Shown piece by piece: positions 35,574 to 48,802 of a stretch of 64,000 nt of DNA. The position numbers and the translations under genes were made by a program. Source of the DNA: Entomortierella parvispora E1425 (lineage: Eukaryota > Fungi > Mortierellomycota); NCBI GenBank assembly GCA_020891255.1, contig BQFW01000013.1, positions 806,001 to 870,000 of the forward strand, given 5' to 3'. The notes under the pieces are model-generated. The model was not told the DNA's origin. It searched no databases and worked only from the letters and a program-made list of their open reading frames with translations. The stretch's first letter is position 1, and every line of letters begins with the position of its first letter.

Positions 35574-38500
35574 ATGGACGTGGTGCCTGATGTCGATCAC
35601 CACCCCATCCACGACGAGGTCGTCCCCGATGTCCTCGACTCGCCTATTCCCTCGGGCAAGCAGCCTGTAGCTGTCACCAAGGAGGTCCTTCCAAGATTAC
35701 ATCTGATTGACGAGCAGCAGCAATTCAGGTACAGTGCAGTGGACGCGACCTTCTTTTCCCCTCTTCTCTCCTGTCGCCCATCCAACCTTGTCCGGTTGTT
35801 CCCCATGTTGGTCCCCATAGAATGATGCTCACCCTCAACTACCCCCTTTTCTTCCCTCTATAGTGAACAGCTCTCAAAGTTCATTGCTGACAAGTGGGAC
35901 CTTAAGGAAGCTGGATTCAACTACAATGTTGCTGCCGTCTTTGGAAGTCAGAGTACCGGCAAGAGTAAGTTCTCCTCTACCCCTTCTCCTCGGAGGATCG
36001 ATTATTCATTCTACCATGGTATGCTCGTTCAAAACACCTCCCCGAAACTGACAACCCCTTCCTCTTCCTCCTTCACCCTGCACTCCTCTCCCCTTTGGCT
36101 CGACTACCCGCAGGTACACTCCTTAACCGTCTTTTCGGAACCAGCTTCGATGTCATGAACGAAACCGCCAGAATGCAGACAACCAAGGGTATCTGGATGA
36201 GCAAAGGCAGGGACATGAAGGTCCTGATCATGGATGTTGAAGGAACTGATGGTCGTGAGCGTGGAGAAGATCAGGTAAGCCAACTTCGTCGGGGATTCTG
36301 TGTTTTTTATTGTGCACCAGAGCGGATGAACACGCCATTAACCTGCTGGATCGGATTATAGGACTTTGAGCGCAAGAGTGCTCTGTTCTCGGTCGCCACC
36401 TCAGAGGTCTTGATTGTGAACCTGTGGGAGCACCAGGTCGGTCTTTACAACGGAGCTAACATGGGCCTGCTCAAGACTGTGTTTGAGGTCAATCTGCAGC
36501 TGTTTGGCGGCAACCGAGGGTAGGTTGGGAAATGTCCCCAAAAATGAGTTGAAGATTTGGCTGCTTTGCATGTGATTGACAGAGACGTCATCCTGGACCA
36601 TGGGCCATGCTTTCGCCTGACCGGGCCAAGAATTGTGCTATAGCTAACATATTGATCCATATCTCTTTGTGCAACTATCCACTCACAGAAAGGAAAAAAC
36701 CCTGTTGCTCTTTGTAATTCGTGATCATGTCGGTGCCACCCCTCTCGCGAACCTCTCCAACACACTGAAGGCCGATCTTGAACGTATCTGGCATGGACTT
36801 TCCAAGGTAACTGGGGATGTGACAGTTAGGACGTTCGCTTGCCATTTGAGCCTGCAGTTAACCAGTATGCATAACCCTTTTTACCTATAGCCCGAGGGAC
36901 TCGAAGACTGCAAGATCACAGATTATTTTGACTTCATGTTCACGACCTTGGCCCACAAGCTTCTCCAGCCCGAAAAGTTTGACTCTGATGTCGATAAGCT
37001 GCGTCTTCGGTAAGGATCAATTGTACCTGAAAATACTACGTCTTTTTCGGGACGTACGGACTGGTAGGCCTAATACCCTGTTATTTCTTTTCATAGTTTC
37101 ACTACGCCATCAGACCCGAACTATGTGTTCCAGCCTCAGTACTCAAGACGTGTCCCTGCTGACGGTCTTCATTTCTATGCAGGAGGCATCTGGGACAAAA
37201 TTATGACCAACAAAGATCTGGATCTCCCAACTCAGCAAGAGTTGCTTGCCCAATACCGTTGTGACGAGATCGCCAACTCTGCCTTCGCGACCTTCCAGGA
37301 AAAGATCAAGGAGTTCAGACAGCCCATCGAATCTGGAAATATTGTCGAGGATCTCGGCCCCAAGATGCAGGATATCCGTGGAGCTGCTATGAGTAAGTGG
37401 TTCAGAGCTGTTGCAATCCTGTTTGTTTTGGTTATCACGACTCTAATGGATTTACTACTCCAATCCACTGTATTTTTAGAATCTTTCGATAAGGATGCCT
37501 CCCGTTACCATGCCGAAGTTTACAAGCGCAAGCGCACCGATATGTTGACCAAAGCTAATACCATGCTGGAGGCCTACTTTTTGGGACAGTTGAAGAACTT
37601 GCACAAGAAGGCCGTCAACATGTTCTCAACCAACCTCCAGAATGCTCTTCGTTTGGAGGGATCCGAGTTTGCCGTCGTTGTAGCCGCATCCAAGAAGGAG
37701 GTTTTGGATTACTTTTTGCAGGGTGCCAAGGCTATCAAGTTGGAGGAGACCGAATGGACTTATGACGAAGAGCTTTACCAACTCGAGCAGGGTTTGCAAG
37801 AGTTCGCGATCGCTCAGCGGGAAAAGGAGCTCAACAAGATGCTTACAACATTGGAGAAGCATTTGCGCAAGGAGTTGGATGAGCCCGTGGGACTTGCACT
37901 CAACAACCCCGGCCCAGGCATGTGGGGACGTATCATCACCATTTACCAGCGCACTGTCGAGGATGGAGAGGTTTTGTTGCAAAAGAAGGCCCGTACTTTT
38001 GATTTGGATGAGAAGGAGCAAGCCGAGCTGATCCTCAACTTGCGTCGTCAGGCTTGGGTGTTGTTGACCAAGAAGATTCAGGAAGAGTCAGTCGATGGCA
38101 TGATGCTACTCAAGCTTCGAAACCGATTCGAGGAAAAGTTCAGATACGACGAGCATGGTCTTCCTCGTGTCTGGAAGCCTGATGATGATATTGATACCCC
38201 TTTCCGCAAGGCCCGCGATGAGACTGTGGAGTTGGTGCCATTGTTCGCCAAGATCAACACCTTGGACCCTGCACGCGGCGAGAAGTTTGAGCTCGAGGCG
38301 ACCGAGGATTTCGATTTCGACCAGTCCCTCAAGGTGTTGTCTGAGACGCGTCAACAGGAGCTGACGACAAAGTTCAAGCGCGAGTCGGATGCCTTTTATT
38401 TGGAGGCCAAGCGGTCCGTGGTAGCGACACAGGCCAAGGTGCCATACTGGGTCGGAGTGGCGCTCATTATCTTGGGCTGGAACGAGTTCATGGCAGTGAT

Positions 38501-38813
38501 CACCAACCCGTTGTACTTGATGGTGGTTGCGATGGTGGGTGTGCCAATGGTGGCTATGTGGTACCTGGACATGTTGGGCTTGGTCGAGACCATCGCCTGG
38601 AAGGTCTATGACCAAGTCTACAAGTTTGGCATGGAGAAGCTTCGCGAGGGCATGGAAAAGAGCCGTGAGCTCCAGAACCAAACACATCAGCAGGGCCATC
38701 GCCAGCCCCAGCAATATTCGTCCGATTCATTGCAGAGCCGATTCTCGTCATCACACAGTGGCAAGGAGGAGGGTGAGATTGAGATGAGCTCTTTGGACAA
38801 GAAGTCGCAATAG
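35574..38813 (+). CDS. SEY1: ER-fusion dynamin-like GTPase Sey1/RHD3, multi-exon
   Basis: [70 protein letters not shown]-terminal TM pair [27 protein letters not shown]. Confidence 0.97.
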
Positions 38814-39088
38814 AAAAAAGAAGATATCTACCTTGTCACTCCCACAAGAATAGAAACCAAAGAAGCCAACAAAAAAGAACAATAAAAACGATATATATAC
38901 CAAGAGCAGCGTAGACGACCTTTGCACCGGTCGATCACTCACAATTTCTTGTTCTCCGCCAGCAGCAGGCAAACAGAGCAAAGCCACAGGGGACGCGACA
39001 AGACTGATTTTGCCACCAACCATTTCCTTTTATTTTTGCTCTGCCCGTTCGCCTGCTTCTCTCAAAGACACACATAAACACAGACACG

Positions 39089-40391
39089 ATGACCGTAGCG
39101 ACAGGATCGACCTCCAGGGCAACACCAGCTCCACCAGCATCTCAGAGGTCACAGCGGAATGCCAGCGTCAGGAATGACGCCCTCTTTGATGATCAGGACA
39201 TTGACACCCCGTCCCAAAATGCCAATGCTGGCATTAATGACTCGACATCATCACAAGCTCCTGCTGCCGAGCAAGAGGTTCAACTCGTTCTCCCTCGCTC
39301 CGCAGCCTCGACTCTCAAACCCATGATTGGATCCTACATTCCTCACGTGGACCTTATGAAAGCCGGTCTTCAATACATCACAGACTCGAGTGTAGAGTAC
39401 GAAGAGTTTCATGGATCCGCCAACGCTAAAGGCGCCGGAGACAAGGAATCAAAGAGGCCTGTCAAGAAACCCGCCGGTCGGTCCAAGGCCGTCTTGGCAG
39501 CCTTTGCAGACCAACAGGCCTTCAGTTCTGATCCTCAGATTCACGAGATGGAGGATGCGCTTCATACGCTGGTGGAGATGCAGTTTCAGGCAGAGGCAGA
39601 GAGGATGGCTTTGGATTCCTTGGCCAACACCATTGGATTGGGCGGACACTTGCCGGGCAAGGATCTTCAGACTTCATTTGAGATATTGTTGAAGAATGAG
39701 ATCAAACATCAGCAGGCGAGACGGAAACAAAACTTGAAGGTGGCGGCGACACCCGGCGGCATCGATCGAGAGTTGCATGAACTCAGGACCAAGATCTGGG
39801 AGGTCCATCATGCCCACGATCCTTTGCCCACGAGTGCCGGTGTTTCAGCAGGAGGCGCAGAAGATGAGGATGAAGATGATATGGAGATTGTGATGACGGG
39901 TGTGGGAGGATCGAGCCAGTCGTTGAAATGCCCGATTACGACCAATTACTTGGAGGAGCCGGTGACGAGCTCGGTCTGCAAGCACAGTTACTCGAAGGAG
40001 GCGATCATGAGTTTGATCCGATCGCGCGGAGGCCATCAATGTCGATGCCCTGTTCACGGTAAGTCTCCTTTCTCTTTTTGTTGTCTTATTTCTATTATGT
40101 TTATTCTTTTGTTCTATTTGACTCACGAGTTTTCCTTTGTTCTTGCATGGGTTGATTAGGCTGCAGCAGTATTGTGGGCGCAGAGATGCTGCACCCCAAC
40201 AAGGCGTTGGCAAGAAAGGTGGCGCGCCAAAAGTTGATTCAGGAAGAAATGGTGGAACACCAAGACGAAGAGGTAAAGAAAAACGACAGTTCTGTGTTTT
40301 TCTTTGTTAACTATATATTTTTTTTATTTCGTTGACCATGTGCTGACCCGTTTTGTGTTTTCGATGATAGTATACCACTGTGGACGACTGA
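39089..40391 (+). CDS. NSE2: SMC5/6 SUMO E3 ligase Nse2/Mms21 (SP-RING), 3 exons
   Basis: SLKCPITTNYLEEPVTSSVCKHSYSKEAI...CRCPVHG|CSSIV...LHPNKAL; ends YTTVDD* at 40391. Confidence 0.8.
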
Positions 40392-40839
40392 TCTCATGGA
40401 TCTGTTTTGCAAACAATAAAAATGAATATGTAATAAGTGCCATCGTTGACGGAAGACTGAGCCAAAGGAAAACGACAGGCAGCAAGAGAGAGAGAATGCG
40501 AGCATGGGCAGAAAATCACATTGAGGGACAGAGAGACTGGAAAAGAAAGAAAGATAAAGAGCAAACAAGAGCGAGCGACAAGCGCCACCTGGCGAACGTG
40601 TGGATCGACACGTCAAAGAGAGGCAGACATGAACGAATGGCCCGCACACAGCACAGATTGGCTCTGACCCATGTCTATATTGCAGCTCTATACCTTTATT
40701 ACCGCCTAAAAATACGTGGGTCCGCATGGACCCAAACCATTAGAGTCATTTGGTTCATTCTCCTCCCTTCCTTCTTTTCATCTCCCTTCTCTCTTCATCA
40801 TCACTTCTCTTTCCTTCCCCTTTCTCCTTCATAGTCATA

Positions 40840-42573
40840 ATGCATCCCAAGGCCATCATCCTCGTCGGCGGTCCCTCGCGCGGCACCCGCTTCCGCCCCC
40901 TTTCCCTCAATGTCCCCAAGCCCCTCTTCCCCGTCGCCGGCAAGCCCATCATCTCTCATCACATCGCCGCCCTTTCAAAGGTCGAGGACCTCAAGGAGAT
41001 TCTCCTCATTGGTTTCTTTGAGGACTCTGTCTTTGCCTCCTTCCTCCAGGATGCTGCTCGCGAATACCCCAACCTTCACATTCGGTAAGGTCCACGGCTC
41101 GAGAAATAACACGATCGAGAACAGTGACGCGATCTGATCCTCGTCGCCATCAGGATACCAGGAGCCAACAGAGTCCATGGAGAGGAATGTCATTCTAATC
41201 ATCTCGGGGTGTCTGTTTGACTCTTTTTATTTCTTCTTTGCAGCTACCTCCGTGAGTACCAGTCCTTGGGCACTGCAGGAGGACTCTACCACTTCCGTGA
41301 CGAGATCTTGCGTGGCAACCCCGAGCAGGTCTTTGTCTTGCACGCCGACGTTGCCTGCAACTTTCCCTTGATTGCCATGAAGAAGGCCCACGAGGGTCAC
41401 CGTGGATTGTGCACAATCTTGGGTACCAAGGTCCCCAGAGAGGCTGCCAACAACTTTGGATGCTTGGTTGCCAAGCCCGACACCAACGAGGTCCTCCACT
41501 ATGTCGAGAAGCCCGAGTCGTTCGTGTCCAACTTGATCTCTTGCGGTGTTTATCTCTTTGACTGTGCCATCTTTGACGAGATCAGAAAGTCGCTCGAGAA
41601 CAAGAAGGGAAAGTAAGTAGTGAAGAAGGTCCTCTTTCCTTTTTTTTTTTTTTTTTTTGTTGCTTTTGAAGGTTCAACTGACACTGACGAACTACGTCCT
41701 CTACCAATGCCGCTAGTGTCGAGACTGATATCTATGGAAAGGAGGTCTTCCAGGATGGAAACAAGTTGCGTCTGGAACAGGATCTTTTGCGTCCCTTGGC
41801 TCAGTCTCGCAAGCTCTTTGTCTATGAGACCAAGGACTTCTGGAGACAGATCAAGACTGCTGGGTAAGGGAGGACTGACAATGGACGATTCGGGAACGAT
41901 TCAGTGCTCTCAAACGACGATCTCCAGGGACAAGGAAAACTCATCATGGTTGTTTTTTTTTTCTTCTTTTTGTTTGTGTTTATCTCTTGGTCATGTGTAG
42001 ATCTGCTGTCCCTGTCAACGGATTGTACTTGGAGCAGCTCTTGCAGACCAACCCTGAAAAGTTGGCCCACTCCTCGCCTAACGGCCCCGAGATTGTTGGC
42101 GCCGTTTACATTCACCCCACCGCCCAGATTGATCCCAAGGCCAAGGTATGCACTCGACATAGTTATCAGTTCTTGGATTCACTTTATTTTATGACTGGAT
42201 ATCATGGACTAACCCCCCTTTCTGAACTGAATAGCTCGGACCTAATGTGTCTATTGGACCCAACGTTGTCGTTGGCAAGGGTGTTCGTATCCGCGATTCG
42301 ATTATTCTGGACAATGTCGACATTAAGCAGAACGCCTGCATCTTGCATGCGATCATTGGCTGGGACTCCAAGATTGGCTGCTGGTCCCGCGTGGAGGGCA
42401 CCTCTCCCAGCGCACACAACGTCAATGCTGTAACCAAGAACGGATTGAAGATTCAATCGATCACCATCTTGGGCAAGGAAGTCACCATCAAGGACGAGAC
42501 CAACATCCGGAACTGCATCGTCTTGCCCCACAAGGAATTGAAGAACAGTTGCGAGAACGAGATTGTCATGTAG
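40840..42573 (+). CDS. GMPPA: Mannose-1-phosphate guanylyltransferase alpha (regulatory) subunit, multi-exon
   Basis: [68 protein letters not shown], hexapeptide tail [19 protein letters not shown]...[10 protein letters not shown]. Confidence 0.95.
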
Positions 42574-42909
42574 ATATCACCCCGACCCATCACCCACCCC
42601 ACATTCATTTGCAAGAGGCCAGGAAATATAGGACTCGAAAGTATATATAAAAACGATGCCTTCCATCCAATCTCCACGCCCATGTCAAAGCCTTGTGTTT
42701 GCTGCTAGGCACCACAGACGTCCACATACTCCTCTTTTGACTGCAACCCTTTTTATTGTATTCCTTGTTATAGGACCTGCTTGCACAAAGAACTTGATGG
42801 CTTTGTGAAATGATTATAAAAGGGTCGATGCTTTGGGGAGGCCTCGCTTCTACTTTTTTACTTTTCGAGATCTGTATCTCTTGCACAATCTTGACTACAA
42901 AGCACATCA

Positions 42910-44807
42910 ATGGCCGATACACCAAATCCAGCGACAAAACCTACCTTAGACTCTACAGCACTAGAAACCAACTCGGTCGATGACCGATATTCGAATCACG
43001 CGCTTCCAGAAACCAACAAAATCGCGACTCCCCAGCAAGGCAACCGCGGCATACTAGCAGATAAAGTGGACAGTATTGGGAAGGACCCTGGTATGACCAA
43101 CATGTTGGGATGGGGAGCCCTTTTCCCTCTGTCTTGCAGCTCCTCCTCCTTTCTAGAGCACCTTATGAACACTTTTCCCCCCCTTCTCTCCCTACTTCTA
43201 AACCATTAGTACTCAGCTTTTCTCGGTTTTTGACCCAGAGAACGACAGTCTTGCTCCCCACCGTCGCCACAGCCTTTCTCACAGAAAAAAAGTTCATAAA
43301 TTCCCCCCAGAGTGTCAACAGGAACGTGAGCCCTCTCAATGTCGATGTCAAGCCTCACAATAAGGATAATACGAATAGTCATTCAAAAGATGCCTCCAAT
43401 TCAAAAACGAGTGCTCTTGGAGCCACTGCTCCTCATCCACACACTGGATTGTCCTGGATGACTCTGGGTCAATCTCTAAGAAGGAACAGTTGTGGACAGC
43501 AAAGTACTTCGGGACATGCCAGCGCCATGACAATTCAAAACACATCCCCCGTGGGCTCTCTCCAGATCAGTCCCCTCGGCCACCCCTTGTCCTCTGTGGT
43601 GATGACCCCAAAAGTGAATGGAGCCATGAATGGCAGTCCAAGGGAGGCGGAACAAAAGAAAAGTGCGCTTTTGCATTACTCTCCTGCGTACAACCCATTG
43701 GCGGATTTTCCGGGCGCCGACTCATACGCCCACTATGTCTCTTCGCGAGCTACAAACTCGGCACCGGCCACTTTGCGGTCGACTGCTTCCTTGGATCCTG
43801 GTCTGATAGATACGAAATATGTGCTTCCTCCTGTGGTCTCCTTGTCCTCGGCCCCAGCAGTTCTGACTGCAACCAGGGTGCCTATCCAACCAAGGGCGGC
43901 CACGATGCCGGACTCTATCCAAGGCGTTCATCCGCTATCTCTGGAACCCGAAAGGAGGACAGATGCATTGGACTGCGGCCGAGACCCAAGCAGCCACGAC
44001 AATTACAGCCTCAATGTCGATACCAATGAGATGTTCCAGTCGAGCTCAGCGCCTCTTTCCCAGGGATCATTCAACAGTTTTCCATCAGGCTGGCCGCAAG
44101 AGATTCAAGAGATTCGAGAACGGATCATGGAGGGCCGGGCAGACCTCGAGACGTACACCTTGATGTATCAACAACGCCAAGAGAACCTCCATCTCGCCGT
44201 GGAAGAGTATAACCATTTGAAGAGGGAAAGGATGGCACTGGAGCAGAGGATTGAATCTTTGGAAACAGAGTATAGGCGAGCAAAGGGTGCTGAAGCAACA
44301 GCGATGCCATCCTTTGAAGACAAGGAGTGTTGTTTGACGCGTCAGAAACGCGCAGGATTGCTGATGGGCGCAACAACACCGACTATAGTCCCGGCTTCGT
44401 CCTCATCCTCGGTTTTTAATCCGGCACAACTACGGATGGCCATGTCTGCCTTTACTGCAGCCTCATCGTCGGCAGCCCCAAGGAGTCCGCCCAGTGCATG
44501 GTCATCAGAAAATGCCAAGACATCACCGTCCTCAAGTATGTGCCCTCTCTGTCAAAAGTCGGACACATTGGCAAGAGAACAAGGGCAATTGAGAAAGATG
44601 GACAAGGAAATGGATCAAGCGCAGAAAAGGGTCCAGAAATGCACCTCGTACTTGAACCATGCCAAGCGAACCTACTTGGACCCTATCCGCAAGCACCTGG
44701 CCGAAGATCAAGCCATTCTCTCTCAAGTTCTAATTCGAAGTAAACGGCGTAGTGAAGGGGATCTGTTGACTGGGTACACTGGTGCCAAAACTGTCAACAA
44801 GTTCTAA
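42910..44807 (+). CDS. Hypothetical S/P-rich protein with C-terminal coiled coils (2 exons, intron ~43091-43208)
   Basis: MADTPNP...KDP G|gtatga; long ORF to 44807 with heptad segments (EEYNHLKRERMALEQRIESLE; LRKMDKEMDQAQKRVQKC). No recognisable family. Confidence 0.6.
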
Positions 44808-45190
44808 GTCATCTGGAATTTTCAAATCAAGCCGCTGCCATCCTTCAGCAACTCCAGCATACTCTAGTTTCAAATATACACGACTTTTCTTTTATTCATC
44901 TCCGTCTCATATCCTTCACCAGAAAACAGCCAACAGTCAATCCGGGCCAAATATCCAAGAGTTGATTTCCCACTGGATGTCGCCTGATGCTCGAAGCGTC
45001 ATTAAACATACCCAGGAAGGGTTCAGGATAGAGACATAGGTCCATGCCAAGGACCAAACGTACATCCATCCCGCAATCGGAAGTCGCACTGCTATCAGGG
45101 TCTGCAATCATCAGAGTCCTCAGCTGTCGAAGCTGTTGAAGTTGGCCTCAGTATCGAACATGGGTCGAATACTAACATACAACACTGACA

Positions 45191-46130
45191 GATGTCCGCA
45201 GTGGAAAGGCCGACCGCATCCTTATACTTGACCCTGGTCAGGAAGCATCTCCCAAGCTTTTACAAGTTTGTGCACTCAGTGCACAAACAGGATGATGAAC
45301 TCTTACACGACCTGTTGGAATGGATGTTACGCAAGATCTCGCATCAACCACAAGACAGAAGAAGAGCTTCGGGTCTCCATGGACTTGAAGGCCTTTGTGC
45401 GCGATAATGTGGAACAGGCTCAATGATCAGAACTCGATCAGGAGAGCAGATCAAGGAGCGGAAGAGACAAGAGGTTCGTGAGATGGCACGGATTAGCAGC
45501 TCTTCATCGTCTGTGTCATCCGCAACCCCATCTGTTGAGAAGATTACAGTGCAGAGAGATCATGATCGAATTGCCAAGGAGCTGAAGTGCATGGGATTAC
45601 AGCAGGAGGACGTGGACGAGTTGGCGATGATCAACTATGGTGATGATGACGAGGATGATGAGGCGGATGAGGCGGAGAAAGCGTTGAAGATGCCCAAGAT
45701 CCCAGTGATCGATATGTTGAAGGGACTATTTGTCCTGTTGATGGACAAGGCAGTATTTCAACCCGCTCGCGAATAACAGCAGAATTCTTAGAATGGAGGA
45801 GAGGTCATGATAGTACATTATAGGATGGAATGCTTCCGCCTAATAAAGAAAAATATTTGATGTTCTTGGCTTTTCGCTCATGGTTGTCCCAGCCGTTTCG
45901 TATTCGAAAGATAGCGACCATTGCCTAGAGTCAAGAGCCGGAGCAACATGAAAGTACTCTGGGCACGAAGCGCGAAGAGCGACGATGACCCTGAGATTGT
46001 CATGACTTTCAATTGCATGGGTTGGAAAAAAGATTCCGACCTTTGAGGGCGTACATCCTTACGGGGGTGGGGTTGCTGTCGTTGTTGTTGAGAGTCGAAG
46101 CACAGGGTGGCCAATTGCGCTAGGCAAGAC
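45191..46130 (+). pseudogene. Third (inverted) copy of the PX gene last exon and 3' flank (copy of ~16141-15165)
   Basis: SLYLTLVRKHLPSFYKFVHSVHKQDD...EKALKMPKIPVIDMLKGLFVLLMDKAVFQPARE*, broken by deletions and frameshifts. Confidence 0.9.
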
Positions 46131-46687
46131 AGGAGCCTCCCGTTTGAACCGGCACATATCATAACTGGAGTCCAACATGCGAGACACTCTTGCAACATCA
46201 TTTGCTGAACAAAGTGCATGTACCATGGACGCGGCTGTTGACACAGACAGCTGTGGTAGAGGATTTCCATCTGCATTTTTTCTTTTTTTCTAAGGGTAAG
46301 GGAACCATGCGAAGATCCTTGAATCAGTGCAGGCAGCAGGTCGACCTGTTGTCGTTTTCATAGGGGAATGAGTGGTACGCTGCCGCTTTGGTGGCTGCTT
46401 TGTGTAGGAACGATGCTCGGTGTGCTAGAATGATCACCACTGAAAATGCAGTTGGTGCTTTGGTTCAACGGTCGGTGCGACGTGCGCAGGGCCCCAGAAT
46501 CTTCACAGAAAGAAAAAAAAGGGAGGACGGGCAGTTCTGTAGAACGTAGGATGACGCTCTAGAAGCGCCCCTCATTCTCCCATCATTACTAAAGGAGATT
46601 GTTGACTATAAATTACAAAGTAGGGTCTGGGACCGGGTTTGAAAGATGAACCGCGTCTCTCTCAAAAAAAAACCGGTGCACCGAACC

Positions 46688-46726
<39 letters not shown>

Positions 46727-47141
46727 CCAAGCGTGGAGTAAAGTGATCTTTCCATTCTCCTAAACAGCAAACACAATAAGCGCATGCCGTCAGCTATTGT
46801 TCATGGCGATGGGTGCCTCACACAAGGAAACCACAAGTCCGTCGATATCTCCCTCGAATCCAATCTAGGAGAGCTGCTTTCAGGCCAGAAATTTCCTGGC
46901 CCCTTCAGCAGAACGTAAGACCAATCGATGCTGGAGGGAAATAAGGACGGGCACCATCTAGTCACACCGGCCGTCTTCCCCGCTCCCTTCCTCCTCGCCC
47001 CAAAATCGAGTTCTTCATGCTCTCCACAGCCAGAAGTGGACGTCAACCATTCTCTGACAAAAGAGTAAAAAGTTTGCTTTGTGCAGCGACCGTCGCTTGT
47101 TCAAACTTCTTCACATACAATCCAGCTTCACCCACCTTACA

Positions 47142-48598
47142 ATGAAAATCGAATTCCTTCTTGTCCTTGTTGCCTTTCTAGGTGTCACCATTGCTACTCC
47201 AGCGTAAGTTGAATAGAGTAGAAAAGCCTAAGAAGACTACAGGCGCCTATTGATGAACAGCGTCTGTCGATTAAGACAACCTGTCCTATTGTCAGTATCG
47301 ACGAAAATGATGGCAAGATTGGAACTAACATGGTTAAGTGTATTTCTCCTTGGCCTTTCTGTTCTTCTCGATCAGCCCGTAAGGCAAACCAGTCCATTGT
47401 TGGTGATGACGACTACATGACGAGTGCAACACTGGAACTAACATGGCCACCTGTACTTCCCCCCGGGTTTTCTGTTCTTCTTAATCAGCCTGTAAGGCAA
47501 ACCGACTAATTGCTCATAACGACGAAGACATGGCAATCGCAAGATTGGAACTAATATGGCCACCTGTATTTATCTCTGGCGTTTCTGTTCTTAACCAGCC
47601 TGTAAGACAAGCCTATGGCTCATAACGACGACATGTCAGCTGTAAGATTAGAACTAACATGGCCACCTGCGCTTCTCTCCGACGTGTCGGTTCTTCTCAA
47701 TCAGCGGGTACGTCAAGTTTGCTAATTGCTCATAACGACGAAAGACATTGTAAGATTAGATAATAACATCGTCACCTGTATCTCTGACATTTCTGTTCTT
47801 CTCAATCAGACCGTAAGACAAGCTTACAACTTCTTCATAATGACGGCATGACAACTGTAAGATTAGAACTAACATGGCCACCTGTATCTATCCCTGGCGT
47901 TTCTGTTCTTCTCAATCAGCGCGCGTCAAGTTTGCTAATTGCTCATAACGACGACATGACAACTGCAACATTGGAAATAACATGGCCACCTGTATTTCTT
48001 CCTGCCACGTTTCTGTTCTTATCAATCAGCCTGTAAGACAAACCTGCTGATTGCTCGATGACGACATGGAAATTGCAAGATTTTAACTAACATTGCCACC
48101 TGCATTTCTCTCCGGCGTTTTTGTTCTTCTCAATCTGCACGTAAGTCAAATGTGCTAATTGCTCATAACGACGAAAGACGTTGTAAGATTAGAACTAACA
48201 TGGCCACCTGTATTTATCCCTGGCATTTCTGTTCTTCTCAATCAGCGAGTACGTCAAGTTTGCTAATTGCTCATAACGACGAAGACATGGCAATTGCAAG
48301 ATTGAAACTAACATGGCCACTTGTATTCCTCCCTGGCATTTCTGTTCTTCTCAATCAGCCCGTAAGGCGAACCAGTCCATTGTTGGTGAGGACGACGACA
48401 TGATAATTGCAAGATTGGAACTAACATCGCCACCTATATGTCTCCCTGGTGTTTCTGTTTTTCTCAATCAGCCAGTAAGGCACACCAATCCATTGTTGGT
48501 CAGGATTACTATATGACAATTGCAAGATTGGAACTAACATGATGACCTTATTCCTCTCTTCCTCTCTGGCTCGATATCAATTTTTCAGCAGAAAATAG
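47142..48598 (+). CDS. Small secreted peptide microexon gene, copy 2 (11 units, 2 with damaged splice sites)
   Basis: Exon 1 47142-47203 (MKIEFLLVLVAFLGVTIATP+GC|GTAAGT). Triplets CCC47376 CCT47489 CCT47599 CGG47705 ACC47810 [CGC47920, donor GC] CCT48030 [CAC48138, acceptor CTG] CGA48246 CCC48359 CCA48472. Last exon 48589-48598 C AGA AAA TAG. Predicted MKIEFLLVLVAFLGVTIATPAPLLGPLDPHRK when the two damaged exons are skipped. Confidence 0.65.
47290..48545 (+). repeat. Tandem array (~100-115 bp, 11 units) homologous to 3780-6950, inverted
   Basis: Same GAACTAACATGGCCACCTGTATT...TTCTGTTCTTCTCAATCAG-NNN-GT unit. Confidence 0.95.
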
Positions 48599-48756
48599 GT
48601 TGGATCGCTCTCAGAGTTCACTGAGTTCTCCATTTTGTATCTGTTCAATGCGGCTTGTCAGCAACTTCCCCAAGACGAAATCCTTTGATCACAGCTCCCT
48701 CTATCGTGGCTTAAGGATTTGTTTCAATCGTAAGCAAGGCTTCCATCGCAAGAATA

Positions 48757-48802
48757 TAACGACACCCTCAGTTATACGACAGTATAACTGAGGGTGTCGT
48801 TA
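48757..48802. other. Perfect 21-bp inverted repeat with 4-nt loop
   Basis: TAACGACACCCTCAGTTATAC gaca GTATAACTGAGGGTGTCGTTA. Confidence 0.95.
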
